The notes: generated by a model from the sequence alone, not told the origin. DNA of 64,000 bases from Candidatus Ozemobacteraceae bacterium (GCA_035388825.1 DAOOQQ010000016.1:12334-76333); one strand, 5' to 3'. Counted from the first letter of the stretch, positions 41,392-51,342 are shown. Program-made: numbers and translations.

Positions 41392-42072
41392 TCAGATGAC
41401 AAGTTCAAGGAAGTCGCCGGTCGTGAAGAAACCTTTTCGGAGGCCGGTGAACGCCCAGTAGCAGAAATCTTCGGAGTTCGCCATGATGCAATGCGTTCCA
41501 AGAGCTGCTTTGATACGGTTTTTGATGGTGTCGGGTGATGATATTTTCGGAGGCGGCTCGACCGGGACGAGATTCTTCTCGGAATGGCCTTCCTGCTGGG
41601 CAAGCCTCATGAACTCGGAATAACTCAGCTCGCAGACGGTGTCGCGGGCCCGCGTGTTCCCGGGCTGGCCGATCGTGACGAACGTGTACCGGCATCCCGA
41701 GTCATGGCGGCACAGGATTGCATACGGGTTCCTGGAGCCGAGAAACGCTCCGTTGTCGAAGCAGACCATCAGGTGATCGGTTCCGGGCGTCATGTGCAGC
41801 CCGGCGAACGCGGCGGCGCGGATGTTTCCCGAACACTGCTCGCCGGCGGTCTCGAGGTCAGCTTTCAGTTTTTGTATGGTGGCCAATACATTTTCGCGGC
41901 TCTCCTCCCCATCCTGGTCATCTTTTTTCTTCTTCGTCCACTTCATCCCGGTGCGGCTGACGGCGGGCTGTTCATCCTCAACCACGGATACGGCGGTCTT
42001 TTTTTTTTTTATACGCGATTTCCTCCGATGCAGTTTGAATTGGGCACAGGATGAACATAGCCGCGGTTTCAT
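41392..42072 (-). CDS. Hypothetical protein (start may be the internal ATG at 41946)
   Basis: ORF only. Lys-rich N-terminal region encoded across an A12/T12 homopolymer. No domain recognised. Confidence 0.35.
   Translation of the reverse strand: MKPRLCSSCAQFKLHRRKSRIKKKKTAVSVVEDEQPAVSRTGMKWTKKKKDDQDGEESRENVLATIQKLKADLETAGEQCSGNIRAAAFAGLHMTPGTDHLMVCFDNGAFLGSRNPYAILCRHDSGCRYTFVTIGQPGNTRARDTVCELSYSEFMRLAQQEGHSEKNLVPVEPPPKISSPDTIKNRIKAALGTHCIMANSEDFCYWAFTGLRKGFFTTGDFLELVI
41999..42010. repeat. T12 homopolymeric tract (A12 on the minus strand) in the 5' region or leader of ORF 41392-42072
   Basis: A run of 12 consecutive T read directly. A striking outlier in a high-GC genome. Confidence 0.8.
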
Positions 42073-42160
42073 ACGATGTAAAATTCAAAGATTCTATCCG
42101 GCGTATCGAAATCTGTTATACTTGCGCCAGTAGGCTCCCAATCGAACCGCGCCGGGGGGG

Positions 42161-43042
42161 ATGACGATGGATGTCAGGCTGTTGCGATATTTTCACGCCG
42201 TTGCGCGCCTGAAAAGCTTTTCGAAAGCGGCTGACGCGCTGTCCATTTCCCAGCCCGCGCTCAGCCAGGGGGTGAAGAATCTCGAAAAGGAGCTTCACTG
42301 CAGTCTCTTCATTCGTGGCAAAACCCTCCAGGTGACCGACGAGGGGGAAAAGTTATTTTCGCATTGCGAGGAATTGTTCCGGGTCCTTGAAAATATCGTT
42401 GACGATATAAGCAACACGAAGAGTCCCAGGAAGGGAACCATCAGGGTCGGGGTCCTCGAGAGCGTCCTTCTCTACTGGATGCCGGCCATTCTCGGCGACT
42501 ACTTCACGAAGTATCCGAACGTGTCGGCCGCGTTCGAGAAGTCTGAGACCGTGGCGATCGAAAGCGGCGTGCTCGATGACAAACTCCATCTCGGAATCAT
42601 TTCCCGGCCGTCTTTTTCACGCAAGCTCGAAGATATCGAGCTTGCTTCGTTCTCGCACAAACTCGTCGTTTCGAGCGAGTTCAGCGAAGACCTTCCCGGC
42701 CTCGCGAAGCATCTTCCCCTCTTTCTCCTGGGGAACTGGCAGGAACGGGCGCTGACCTCGGGAACGGATCTTTTTGCCCGCGTTCCCGCCCTTCGGACGC
42801 TCAATCCGACCAACTGCGCGGTCCTGGTCCGCCAGATCGTCGCGAACAAGCTGGGAATGGCCGTTCTGCCTGCGTATCTCGCAGGCCCCGATCTTCGCGT
42901 GATCGAAGACTACCCCCTGCTGAAGATGGGTTTGTACCTGATCCGCCGGAAGAATCGGCGGCAGAATCCTCTCGTCAACCAGTTCGCCGACTTCGTCTGC
43001 GAATGGCAGGCACGTTCGGCATTGATATCATCGCTAGACTGA
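42161..43042 (+). CDS. LysR-family transcriptional regulator
   Basis: N-terminal LysR HTH (LRYFHAVARLKSFSKAADALSISQPALSQ). C-terminal substrate-binding domain. Confidence 0.8.
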   Translation: MTMDVRLLRYFHAVARLKSFSKAADALSISQPALSQGVKNLEKELHCSLFIRGKTLQVTDEGEKLFSHCEELFRVLENIVDDISNTKSPRKGTIRVGVLESVLLYWMPAILGDYFTKYPNVSAAFEKSETVAIESGVLDDKLHLGIISRPSFSRKLEDIELASFSHKLVVSSEFSEDLPGLAKHLPLFLLGNWQERALTSGTDLFARVPALRTLNPTNCAVLVRQIVANKLGMAVLPAYLAGPDLRVIEDYPLLKMGLYLIRRKNRRQNPLVNQFADFVCEWQARSALISSLD

Positions 43043-43348
43043 CAGGCGTTCCCTTCGGCGTCACGCGCAACGTCTATATAGACGAACATCCCGCAGTATC
43101 AGGCGCAGGTTTTCCACCCTACGACTATTGTTGCGGTTGAGACTGTTCGCTGAATGAGCGGTTTCAAAAAATAGATTTTGAAAACTGTTAAGTTGTTGCC
43201 TGGGAAATTCGAATATACCAATAGAAGGAAATAAGTAGCCCGACAAGAATCCGCCACGTTTCGAAGCAGACGATCGTCGGCCCCTGCCCCACCTACCTGT
43301 CCGCCGTCCGTTACGGGTTTTCCGAAAACGCGATTCCGGAGGTGTCGT

Positions 43349-43642
43349 ATGAGCGTTCGAGGCGTCGTCAAGCGATACGCGCTGATCATCGAGAAGGTGA
43401 CGCGGTGCCGGTTTCCCACGCTGGAGGCGATTCAGCGGTTCCTGTGCTCGCACGGGTTCGAGGTGTCGAAGCGGACGATCCAGCGGGACATCGAAGGCAT
43501 CGAGCTCGAGTTCGGCATTTCGATCACGTATGACCGGCCGCACCGGGGATATGCTCTCATCCGGGAAGAGGGCGAAACCCCCGACATCTTCCTCCGCTTT
43601 CTCGCGATGACCGGCGGCCGCGGAACCGGAACCCAGACATGA
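43349..43642 (+). CDS. Small HTH protein (DeoR/YafY-type HTH_11-like N-domain, no WYL domain)
   Basis: …FPTLEAIQRFLCSHGFEVSKRTIQRDIEGIEL… resembles the N-terminal HTH of YafY/PafBC/BrxR-type regulators. Only 97 aa. Confidence 0.45.
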   Translation: MSVRGVVKRYALIIEKVTRCRFPTLEAIQRFLCSHGFEVSKRTIQRDIEGIELEFGISITYDRPHRGYALIREEGETPDIFLRFLAMTGGRGTGTQT

Positions 43643-43870
43643 GCCCCGGAAGGATAGAGCGCTTCAGAACGTCACCTGGCAACCACGACACCTCTTGTCA
43701 TAGTCAGTGATATAGGATTCACCGGAATTCTGTCGGTCTGATGCTCCGCACCTGAAGTTTCGGTCCGTTTAGGCGACGCACACATCATCCCAGTCATTCT
43801 TTTCGCGACCGGCGGTTTCATCATGAAGCCGGTCATCGTTCGACGCGCGACGGAAACGAACGGAGGAACC

Positions 43871-46066
43871 ATGGGTACCATGCTGATCAACTGTGACGAC
43901 ACCCAGGCGGGCGTGCGGTTCCTGGCCCTGCGGTGCATGCGGCACTGCATCGCGACCCACCATGCGCTGTTCGACAAGGAGGCCATCGAGAAAATCTTCG
44001 CGTTCCTGCCGAAGCCCGAACTCGTCAGCCTGCTGACGCGGCTCCACCCCAAGCTCCGGCGCGTGGGGAAACGCTGGATCAGCCACGGCCTGTACCAGTA
44101 TGCGTTCCTCGAGCCGCCCGTTCCCGACGACGTTGCCCGTGCCGTCGCCGAGCTCGAGCCCGTTCATGCCCTCTATATCCCCGAGATCCTCGCGGTCATC
44201 GACCGCCTGCTCGCCGACATTGCGCCCGACGGCGAGACGCCGAACTCGGCGCCGTTCCCACAACTGGCGGAGATCACGCGCGTGTTCCGGCTTTCCGAAG
44301 ACGAGAGCGCGATCCTGGCGTTCTGCTTCATCAACGGCATCCATTCGCCGTTCAACGAGGTCATCCAGAAGCTCGGCGGCTTCCTGAACTTCGGGTTGAG
44401 CGGCAACCTCGTCTCGCTGTTCCACCCCATTCCCCGCGCGCGCGCCGACGCGATCTGCTCGAGCGGCGGCCTTCTCAGGCGGCTCGGCTTCATCAACGAG
44501 AACCTGGTGCCGACCCCCGAGATCTGCGAGTTTCTCCAGGGCTTCCGGACCCGGCCGCTCAACGATATGTATTACACGATGTATGACGAACGGCCGGTTC
44601 CCGCCGACCGCCTCGTGATGCGAACGGAAGACATCGAGACGATCGGCACGCTCGTAGCGAACCGCCGTCCGGGTGAAGGGCTCGACATCCTGTTCTCCGG
44701 CCCGGCCGGAACGGGCAAAACGGAATCTGCCCGCTCGCTCGCGACGTTTTTCGGTCTTCGACTCTTCGAGATCCGCGCCCGATGCGACACCCAGGAAAAC
44801 GTCGCAGAAGTCCCCTTCCGCATGCGCGCCCTTCGTGCCTGCCGGAACGCCCTCGCCGGCCGAGCCGACGCCGCGATCCTGATCGACGAGGCCGACGCCA
44901 TGGTCGCAACTCCCCTTGCCGCGTTCGATCTCACGCCCGGAACAGCCGGCAAAGCCGTTATCAACGAGACCCTCGACACGGCCGCCGACATTCAGATCTG
45001 GATCGTCAACCATGCGGAAACGCTCGATCCGTCCGTCCGGAGACGGTTCGCCCACGCCGTCCGGTTCGAACGAGCCTCGGCGAGGATGCGCCGGATGATC
45101 TGGGAAACCGCCCGCGCACGGTATGGAATGACCCGACTGCTCGACGACGCGGCGATCGCCGACCTCGCCGAACGGTACGAGACGGATGCGGGAGGCATCG
45201 ACTCCGCCCTCAGGCACACCCGGCATCTTTCCGGAAACGGCGTTGCCCCGGGTGAGGTCCTGGCTCAGATCGAACGGCTTCTCGCCGGCCAGGCGCGGTT
45301 CACACCGGGCGAGTCCGGTCATGGGCCGGCGGGCTTCGATCGCGAGCCCACGGTGGGCATCGAGCATCTGAACATCGAGCCGCGCGCCGATCTCGACATG
45401 ATAGTGCACGCTATAGCAGGTGTATCGGGTGAAGACCGGCTTCCGGCGCTCCGAATCCTTCTGCAGGGCCCTCCCGGAACCGGGAAGTCGCGGTTCGCCG
45501 CGGAACTCGCCCGCCGCATCGGGAGGCCCCTGCGGGTGAAGACGGCCGCCGCGATCCTCAGCCCCTTCGTCGGGCTGGCCGAGCGGGCCGTGCACGAGGC
45601 GTTCCGCGAAGCAGCTTCCGAAGGCGCGGTGCTGTTCTTCGACGAGATCGACAGCCTGCTGTTCACACGCGACCGGGCATCGGCGAGCTGGGACGTCTCC
45701 CGTGTCAACGAACTGCTTTCGGCGATGGACAGCCACCCGGGCATCTTCCTCGCCGCGACGAACCACCTCCAGGCCATCGACCCTGCCGCCCTGCGCCGGT
45801 TCGAGTTCAGACTGGACTTCGGCCCCCTCGACGGAAACGACGCGAAAGCCTTTTACGAAACCCTGCTGGCGCCCCTGGCGGGCGTGGAAACTCCCGAACA
45901 GGTTCATCGCCGGTTCGCATCTCTTCCCCGGTTGACGCCGGCCGATTTCACCCGGGTCCGCAGGCGGTTCACTCTCCGGACGGCTTCCCGTCCCGATCAC
46001 GCAGCCCTGATCGGCGCACTCGAAGCCGGATGCACCAGGGACCAGTGGAAAGGAGCACGATCATGA
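43871..46066 (+). CDS. Tandem-AAA+ ATPase, paralog 1 (N-domain of unknown function; divergent AAA module 1; classical AAA module 2)
   Basis: Module 1 has FSGPAGTGKTE…ILIDEAD. Module 2 has LLQGPPGTGKS…LFFDEIDSLL…ATNH…IDPAALRRFEF (classical-clade AAA second region of homology). GGAGGAA RBS. Confidence 0.75.
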   Translation: MGTMLINCDDTQAGVRFLALRCMRHCIATHHALFDKEAIEKIFAFLPKPELVSLLTRLHPKLRRVGKRWISHGLYQYAFLEPPVPDDVARAVAELEPVHALYIPEILAVIDRLLADIAPDGETPNSAPFPQLAEITRVFRLSEDESAILAFCFINGIHSPFNEVIQKLGGFLNFGLSGNLVSLFHPIPRARADAICSSGGLLRRLGFINENLVPTPEICEFLQGFRTRPLNDMYYTMYDERPVPADRLVMRTEDIETIGTLVANRRPGEGLDILFSGPAGTGKTESARSLATFFGLRLFEIRARCDTQENVAEVPFRMRALRACRNALAGRADAAILIDEADAMVATPLAAFDLTPGTAGKAVINETLDTAADIQIWIVNHAETLDPSVRRRFAHAVRFERASARMRRMIWETARARYGMTRLLDDAAIADLAERYETDAGGIDSALRHTRHLSGNGVAPGEVLAQIERLLAGQARFTPGESGHGPAGFDREPTVGIEHLNIEPRADLDMIVHAIAGVSGEDRLPALRILLQGPPGTGKSRFAAELARRIGRPLRVKTAAAILSPFVGLAERAVHEAFREAASEGAVLFFDEIDSLLFTRDRASASWDVSRVNELLSAMDSHPGIFLAATNHLQAIDPAALRRFEFRLDFGPLDGNDAKAFYETLLAPLAGVETPEQVHRRFASLPRLTPADFTRVRRRFTLRTASRPDHAALIGALEAGCTRDQWKGARS

Positions 46067-48375
46067 GCAGATGGACGAATCTGAATAACCGGTTGAAACA
46101 CCGAATCCAACATTCAGGGGCCCTGTATTTCGACGCAAGAAACCCCCTTCATCTCTGTGACAAAGGCGCCCAACTCATCGTTCTGCGGGCAGGCGTCACG
46201 TATCTGATGCGTTTCGGCAAGTCCCTGGATCGCGAGCCGGCAACGCCCCTTGATCGCGAGCCGGCGAGGGCCCTATTCGATCTTCTTCCGGTTTCGGCGC
46301 GAAAACCGTTCTTCAAGAACCTGTATCGGGTCATGGCGCCACGTGAAACGGCCCTCAGAAAAGACAAACGCTTCGATAATCTCTTCAGCAGCCCTCCGGA
46401 CTTCGACGATATCGTCACATTCCTGAGGTATTACCCAGATTCGCATCAGGTTCTGCATGAGGGTTTTCAGATAGAGGTTGAGCGGCTCGAACGCAACATA
46501 GCCTCCCATGCCTCACCATTCATGAAGAAACTCGAGGAGGTGAAGTCGACATTCCGACTGAGCCCTATCGAAGCTCATATCGTGGCTCTCGGCGCCCTCT
46601 ACCAATTGTCGAAAATCATGGAATGTCTCGTCGACTCGTTGCCTCGATGCCGCCATGGCAGGCGTATGCAGTTGAAACTTTTCGAGTTTCTCGATGCGAA
46701 TCGTCTGGATATGCTCAAATATGCATCCCCTGAAGGAGCGCTTCAGAAACTCGGCCTGCTCGACAGGGACGGCGACATCAGGGGCGAGGTTGTCGAGTTT
46801 CTCGTCGGCGGGCGCAGAGAGCCTCTGACGAGTTCGTATTTCGATCGGTTCAAAGGCCCATCTCTTCCGCTCGAAAAGCTCATGATCGTAAAGAAAGATG
46901 TCGAGACGATCCGGACGCTTCTTTCGAATCGGAAACCGAAACAGGGCATCAACATTCTGCTCGCCGGCCCGCCTGGCACCGGAAAGACCGAGACCGTGCA
47001 TTCGCTCGCGAAGGAGCTCGGCCTCAATCTGTTCGAGATCGCCTCGATGCAGAAAAGGCATGACGGCGATGGCGATATCGGCCAGAGTAACGATTACTTT
47101 CGCATGAGAGCTCTCGTCGCATGCAGGTATGCGTTCGGCGATTACCCCGATACCGCCGTGCTGATCGACGAATCGGATTCCCTTCTCGGCGGAGGCGGCT
47201 CAAGAAGCCTCTTCGGCCCTTCGAGGTCTTCCCTCGGAAAGGCGATGATCAATGACGGGCTCGACACGGCCGTCTGCCCACAGTTCTGGATCGCCAACGA
47301 TATCGACGGAATCGATCCGTCGACGAGGCGCCGGTTCGATTACGCGATCAGGTACGAGCGCCCGACGCCGAAAGACCGCGTGTCGATCTGGGAAACGGCG
47401 GCTAACAAACACGGGATGGCCGGCCTTCTGCGGCCCGAAGACCTCGAACGGTTCGCCCGGGAATGGCCTGTCAGCGCAGGCGGCATCGACTCCGCCCTCA
47501 GGAATGCGGCGCGCGTTCCGAAGAAAGCGATGACCCGTTCCGAATTCGTCGCCTATATCAACCGCCTCATCGAATCACAGCTTCTGTTCACCGAAGAGGA
47601 AGGGAAGGCCGAAACCGTCCGGGCCGCATCGGAGGAGCAGGTCGCGATCGAGATGCTGAACATCGAGCCGGCGGCGAACCTGAAATGCATTCTCGAGGTC
47701 GTAGCCAGGTGGCGTGAAGCACCGGAAAAGCGGGGCCTGAACATCCTGCTCCAGGGGCCGCCCGGCACGGGAAAGACGCATTTCGCGCGCAGGCTCGCCG
47801 AGCTGCTGGGCCGACCTCTGCATGCGAAGACCGGCTCCGAGATCCTGAGCCCCTACGTCGGGATGACGGAGAAGACGATCCGCGAGGTGTTCCGGCAGGC
47901 CGGCCGCGAGTCGGCGGTGCTGTTCCTCGACGAGATCGACAGCCTGCTTTCGAGCCGGGAAAAGGCCGTGCGAAGCTGGGAGGTGACGCAGGTGAACGAA
48001 CTGCTCTCGGCGCTCGAGTCGTTCGACGGGGTGTTCGTGGCGGCGACGAACCATGTCTCGACGCTGGATTCAGCCTCGATGCGGCGCTTCCACTTCCAGC
48101 TCGAGTTCGGGCCGCTGACGCCGGCAGGTGCGGAGACGTTCTATCGCGATCTTCTCGCCGGGTTTGCGGGCGGCGACGTTCCGGCCGGGGTGGCGGCGCA
48201 ACTCAGGCGGCTGACGGGGCTCGTTCCGAGCGATTTCGCGAACGTGCGCAAGCGCCTCACGCTGGTGCCCGGCATGACCGCGACGCACGACGAGCTTCTC
48301 GGCGGCCTCGCCGACATGTGCAAAGCCCGCTTCCCGCGCCGAAAGCAGGCGATCGGCTTCAACAACAACGGATGA
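46063..48375 (+). CDS. Tandem-AAA+ ATPase, paralog 2 (same architecture as 43871-46066)
   Basis: LLAGPPGTGKTE…LIDESD and LLQGPPGTGKTH…LFLDEIDSLL…ATNH…LDSASMRRFHF. Start overlaps the upstream stop (ATGA). Confidence 0.75.
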   Translation: MSRWTNLNNRLKHRIQHSGALYFDARNPLHLCDKGAQLIVLRAGVTYLMRFGKSLDREPATPLDREPARALFDLLPVSARKPFFKNLYRVMAPRETALRKDKRFDNLFSSPPDFDDIVTFLRYYPDSHQVLHEGFQIEVERLERNIASHASPFMKKLEEVKSTFRLSPIEAHIVALGALYQLSKIMECLVDSLPRCRHGRRMQLKLFEFLDANRLDMLKYASPEGALQKLGLLDRDGDIRGEVVEFLVGGRREPLTSSYFDRFKGPSLPLEKLMIVKKDVETIRTLLSNRKPKQGINILLAGPPGTGKTETVHSLAKELGLNLFEIASMQKRHDGDGDIGQSNDYFRMRALVACRYAFGDYPDTAVLIDESDSLLGGGGSRSLFGPSRSSLGKAMINDGLDTAVCPQFWIANDIDGIDPSTRRRFDYAIRYERPTPKDRVSIWETAANKHGMAGLLRPEDLERFAREWPVSAGGIDSALRNAARVPKKAMTRSEFVAYINRLIESQLLFTEEEGKAETVRAASEEQVAIEMLNIEPAANLKCILEVVARWREAPEKRGLNILLQGPPGTGKTHFARRLAELLGRPLHAKTGSEILSPYVGMTEKTIREVFRQAGRESAVLFLDEIDSLLSSREKAVRSWEVTQVNELLSALESFDGVFVAATNHVSTLDSASMRRFHFQLEFGPLTPAGAETFYRDLLAGFAGGDVPAGVAAQLRRLTGLVPSDFANVRKRLTLVPGMTATHDELLGGLADMCKARFPRRKQAIGFNNNG

Positions 48376-48938
48376 AGGAGGGAGACGTGAAAGCGCTCAT
48401 CATCGCCGACGTCGACGATCTCAAATGGCGTGGCGGAAGCGGCAAGGCGGATATCGTCATCTCGTGCGGGGATACGGCGGAGTGCCTGGTCCTGGAAGCG
48501 GCACGAGCGTTCATGTGCGACTGCATCGTGGCGGTGAAAGGGAACCACGACCCAGATACCCCGTTCATGCCGCCGGTAGTCGATCTGCATCTCGCCGTGC
48601 GGGAGTTCGGCGGGCTGAGATTCGCCGGGTTCGGCGGGGCATGGCGGTACAAGCCACGCGGGCTTCATCTCTACGAACAGGATGAAGTCGAGGCCGAACT
48701 TGCGAAACTGCCGCCCGTGGACATTCTCGTCTGCCACAACTCCCCTCTTGGGGTTCACGACAGACCTGACGGCATTCACACAGGTTTTTCAGGGCTCAAC
48801 ACGTATATCCGGCAGTCCCGGCCCCGGCTTCTGATTCACGGTCACCAGCACCAGAACATCGAGACGCTCGTCGACACGACCCGCGTCATCGGCGTCTACG
48901 GCCATCGCCTGCTCGATCTGCCCAGCGTATTGCCATGA
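48372..48938 (+). CDS. Calcineurin-like metallophosphoesterase
   Basis: …DIVISCGD…, VKGNHD and LIHGHQH metal-ligand motifs. Start overlaps the AAA2 stop (ATGA). Confidence 0.7.
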   Translation: MKEGDVKALIIADVDDLKWRGGSGKADIVISCGDTAECLVLEAARAFMCDCIVAVKGNHDPDTPFMPPVVDLHLAVREFGGLRFAGFGGAWRYKPRGLHLYEQDEVEAELAKLPPVDILVCHNSPLGVHDRPDGIHTGFSGLNTYIRQSRPRLLIHGHQHQNIETLVDTTRVIGVYGHRLLDLPSVLP

Positions 48939-48955
48939 ACAAAAGGATGAGCTGA

Positions 48956-49459
48956 ATGGAATTCAAACATACGATCGATGCCATTGCGAAGAAGACACCG
49001 AGAGAAGAAGCCGATGCTCGTCGAGCAGGTCTTCTTCGACTGGATGAGCCTGCGAGAGGGGCGGAGGTCGGGCTCTGGTGGTTGATCGAAAACAACATCT
49101 TTCGTCTGGCCCAGCCATGGTCCCAAGCACCTGAGGAGGACGGCTGGCACATGATCGAGGACATCCATGACCATGCCTGGGCTGACATGAAAGCCGCTTT
49201 GGCGTCGAGGTTTCCTTCGATCATTCACCTCAGATACAACGACCCCGAACGAGGTCGGGTCTGGTATCGCCCTCGAGAGAATACTTTCTTCATTACCTGC
49301 TCCAAGCTCATCAAAGCTGAACAAGCCATCATTCGTACAATCATGGAGAAGTTCGGGATAACCGCAAAGGCCGTCCGTGTCGTGAATGACCCACAGTATG
49401 ACGTTCGTCCGTTGCCATTGCAGGACAGGAATACACCGAATGAAATTCCACGCATTTGA
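48956..49459 (+). CDS. Hypothetical protein
   Basis: ORF 18 nt after the phosphoesterase gene. No recognisable domain. Confidence 0.4.
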   Translation: MEFKHTIDAIAKKTPREEADARRAGLLRLDEPARGAEVGLWWLIENNIFRLAQPWSQAPEEDGWHMIEDIHDHAWADMKAALASRFPSIIHLRYNDPERGRVWYRPRENTFFITCSKLIKAEQAIIRTIMEKFGITAKAVRVVNDPQYDVRPLPLQDRNTPNEIPRI

Positions 49460-49743
49460 ATGGAGAAGTATATATGCCTGGGTTTATAGATGATCTCAGA
49501 ATTCTCGTCAGGCAATGCCTTGCCTGCGACGGCAGGGATCGGTTCGTTCGGTCTCTTGGATACAGAAACATTTCGAAGGGGCTTCGCCGGATCGATGCGT
49601 TTCTCTGCGGCGGAGAACCGGCGCAGGATCGTCTCGACCGGCTGGCGCATATTCTCGGCCTGGATCCGGCTGACGTCGTATGCAAAGCACCAACGCTATC
49701 ACTGGCCCACATGGGGTGCCTCAAACCCGGGGGAATATTATGA
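49456..49743 (+). CDS. Hypothetical protein; N-terminal module (RSLGYRNISKGLRRIDAFLCG…DRLAHILGLDP) paralogous to the N-terminus of ORF 63392-63985
   Basis: Shared R-x-LGYRN-x-x-KG-x-RRI-x-x-FL-x-G…L-x-L-x-P motif between the two ORFs. Confidence 0.4.
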   Translation: MNGEVYMPGFIDDLRILVRQCLACDGRDRFVRSLGYRNISKGLRRIDAFLCGGEPAQDRLDRLAHILGLDPADVVCKAPTLSLAHMGCLKPGGIL

Positions 49744-50372
49744 TGATTCCAATACAGTATTCAGATCCAAGCGATTCGAAGACGTCCTTTCATATTGTTA
49801 CTCATATTCAAGCCAGTGAAATCAAGTATTTCACCGATAAGCGTTTTGGAGAGTGCTTTTGGTCGAATGATGTAAAGGCACCGAAAGAAGAACAATGCCA
49901 GGAATATATGATGCGGTTGTTTTCTTTGGCAAGCCTTCCTCCAGAATCGAAATTCACTTCAGCTTTCATAAAATCACCATGCTTTTCTTGTGAGCATTGT
50001 TGGGAATATGGATCTATATCCTTATTTTTGGAATTAGAAAGGATAAGAGAATCAACAATCGTCTTCAATGGCGATGTGAAGAATTTGGCTTTCAAGATTT
50101 TCGGCCAGAATTGCTCACCGAAAAAGTATTTGAGATTTCATTCCCTTGACATCCCAGCATTTCACATGTTGGTCCATCTTCAAAGATACTATTGGAATTA
50201 CATGGCTCATGCGATGTTCAAAAAGCCGTTTTTCCCTCGAATGGTTGGAAGCTATTTCGAAGTAAGGATTTTGCGGCCGATTACCAGGAAGGACATAAGC
50301 ATGATTGTAATTCCGATGGATCTTGATAAAGCCTCGGTTAAAAGGGTCGAAGAATTGGCTAACTCAGATTGA
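49740..50372 (+). CDS. Hypothetical protein (AT-rich gene)
   Basis: ORF only. Low GC. Confidence 0.35.
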   Translation: MMIPIQYSDPSDSKTSFHIVTHIQASEIKYFTDKRFGECFWSNDVKAPKEEQCQEYMMRLFSLASLPPESKFTSAFIKSPCFSCEHCWEYGSISLFLELERIRESTIVFNGDVKNLAFKIFGQNCSPKKYLRFHSLDIPAFHMLVHLQRYYWNYMAHAMFKKPFFPRMVGSYFEVRILRPITRKDISMIVIPMDLDKASVKRVEELANSD

Positions 50373-50424
50373 AGAACGCCCTGACAAATGATTCGACAAG
50401 GTAATTATCAAAAGGAGGTCTCGA

Positions 50425-50838
50425 ATGAGTGTTCTTCTCCTCGAAGACAACGAGTCAAGAATCAGGCGCTTCGAGAAACTCGGGCTGAACGTGCTTGTCT
50501 GCCGTAATGCATTCGAGGCGATCGCCAGGTTGTATACGCATCGCGATACGATACGCCTCATCTCCCTCGATCATGATCTGACGCCGCGCGAGAACGCCTG
50601 TGGCTCGCTCGGAATCGCCTGCGCCTGTCATGTCGTCGACCTTCTTTGTGTCATGCCGACCTTCTGCCCGGTGATGATCCACACATCGAACGAACAGGCC
50701 GCGGCCTTGATGAAACACCGCCTCGTCAGTTGCGGCTGGCCCGTCATCTGGGTGAAAACGGATGCACCCTTTCCCGACGACTGGATCGAAACTCTCTGGA
50801 AGGAAGCCGTACGTTCCGCCGGGCTCATGCCTTCATGA
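50425..50838 (+). CDS. Small stand-alone CheY-like (receiver-fold) protein with conserved Cys cluster, paralog A
   Basis: LLLEDNESRI…LISLDHDL…CGSLGIACACHVVD…FCPVMIHTSNE…WPVIWVKTD…PDDWI. Acidic, Asp, Thr/Ser and Lys sit at the canonical receiver positions. GGAGG RBS. Confidence 0.55.
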   Translation: MSVLLLEDNESRIRRFEKLGLNVLVCRNAFEAIARLYTHRDTIRLISLDHDLTPRENACGSLGIACACHVVDLLCVMPTFCPVMIHTSNEQAAALMKHRLVSCGWPVIWVKTDAPFPDDWIETLWKEAVRSAGLMPS

Positions 50839-50868
50839 TCTCGAGATATCGACGATCGAGGTGAGCAG

Positions 50869-51342
50869 ATGATCGAACATCTGGATAGAGTGACAGCAGG
50901 CGAAGCCATTCTCCATTTGTGGATCACCTGTCTTCGAAGTCGTGTCGAGCCGAAGCTGGCGTTCATCGAGATCGATGAGGGTGTGATCCGGTGCCGCCCC
51001 AAAACGCTGGATAAATGCCGATTCTTCAAGGAGTATCTTCTTCCCTTCGAAGCCGGAAGCCCACCGGAAGCGGGATTGGATATCGTCACCACCTCGACGG
51101 CTCGGCTTCAACGCGGCGTTCTTTTCTATCATCTTCGACGGAAGGAACTTCTTCTCCTCCTCCCCTGCCGGGAGATGGCGAATCCGGTATTGATGTTCGC
51201 TGTTCTCCGAGAATTGGGCCTTGATTCGCTGCCGGTGGGATTCGCCAGGCGAAGAAAGGACGGCAGAATCCGACGCATTCCAAATCTGAGAGTTCTCTAC
51301 AGATTTCTCCGTCTTCACCCTGATATTCAGATATATGTCTGA
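50869..51342 (+). CDS. Hypothetical protein (partner gene downstream of REC-like paralog A)
   Basis: ORF only. Confidence 0.35.
   Translation: MIEHLDRVTAGEAILHLWITCLRSRVEPKLAFIEIDEGVIRCRPKTLDKCRFFKEYLLPFEAGSPPEAGLDIVTTSTARLQRGVLFYHLRRKELLLLLPCREMANPVLMFAVLRELGLDSLPVGFARRRKDGRIRRIPNLRVLYRFLRLHPDIQIYV

Noticed and set aside
43769-46000. 743-aa minus-strand ORF opposite AAA+ paralog 1
   Set aside because: Antisense shadow. The plus-strand gene has Walker A/B motifs and RBS.
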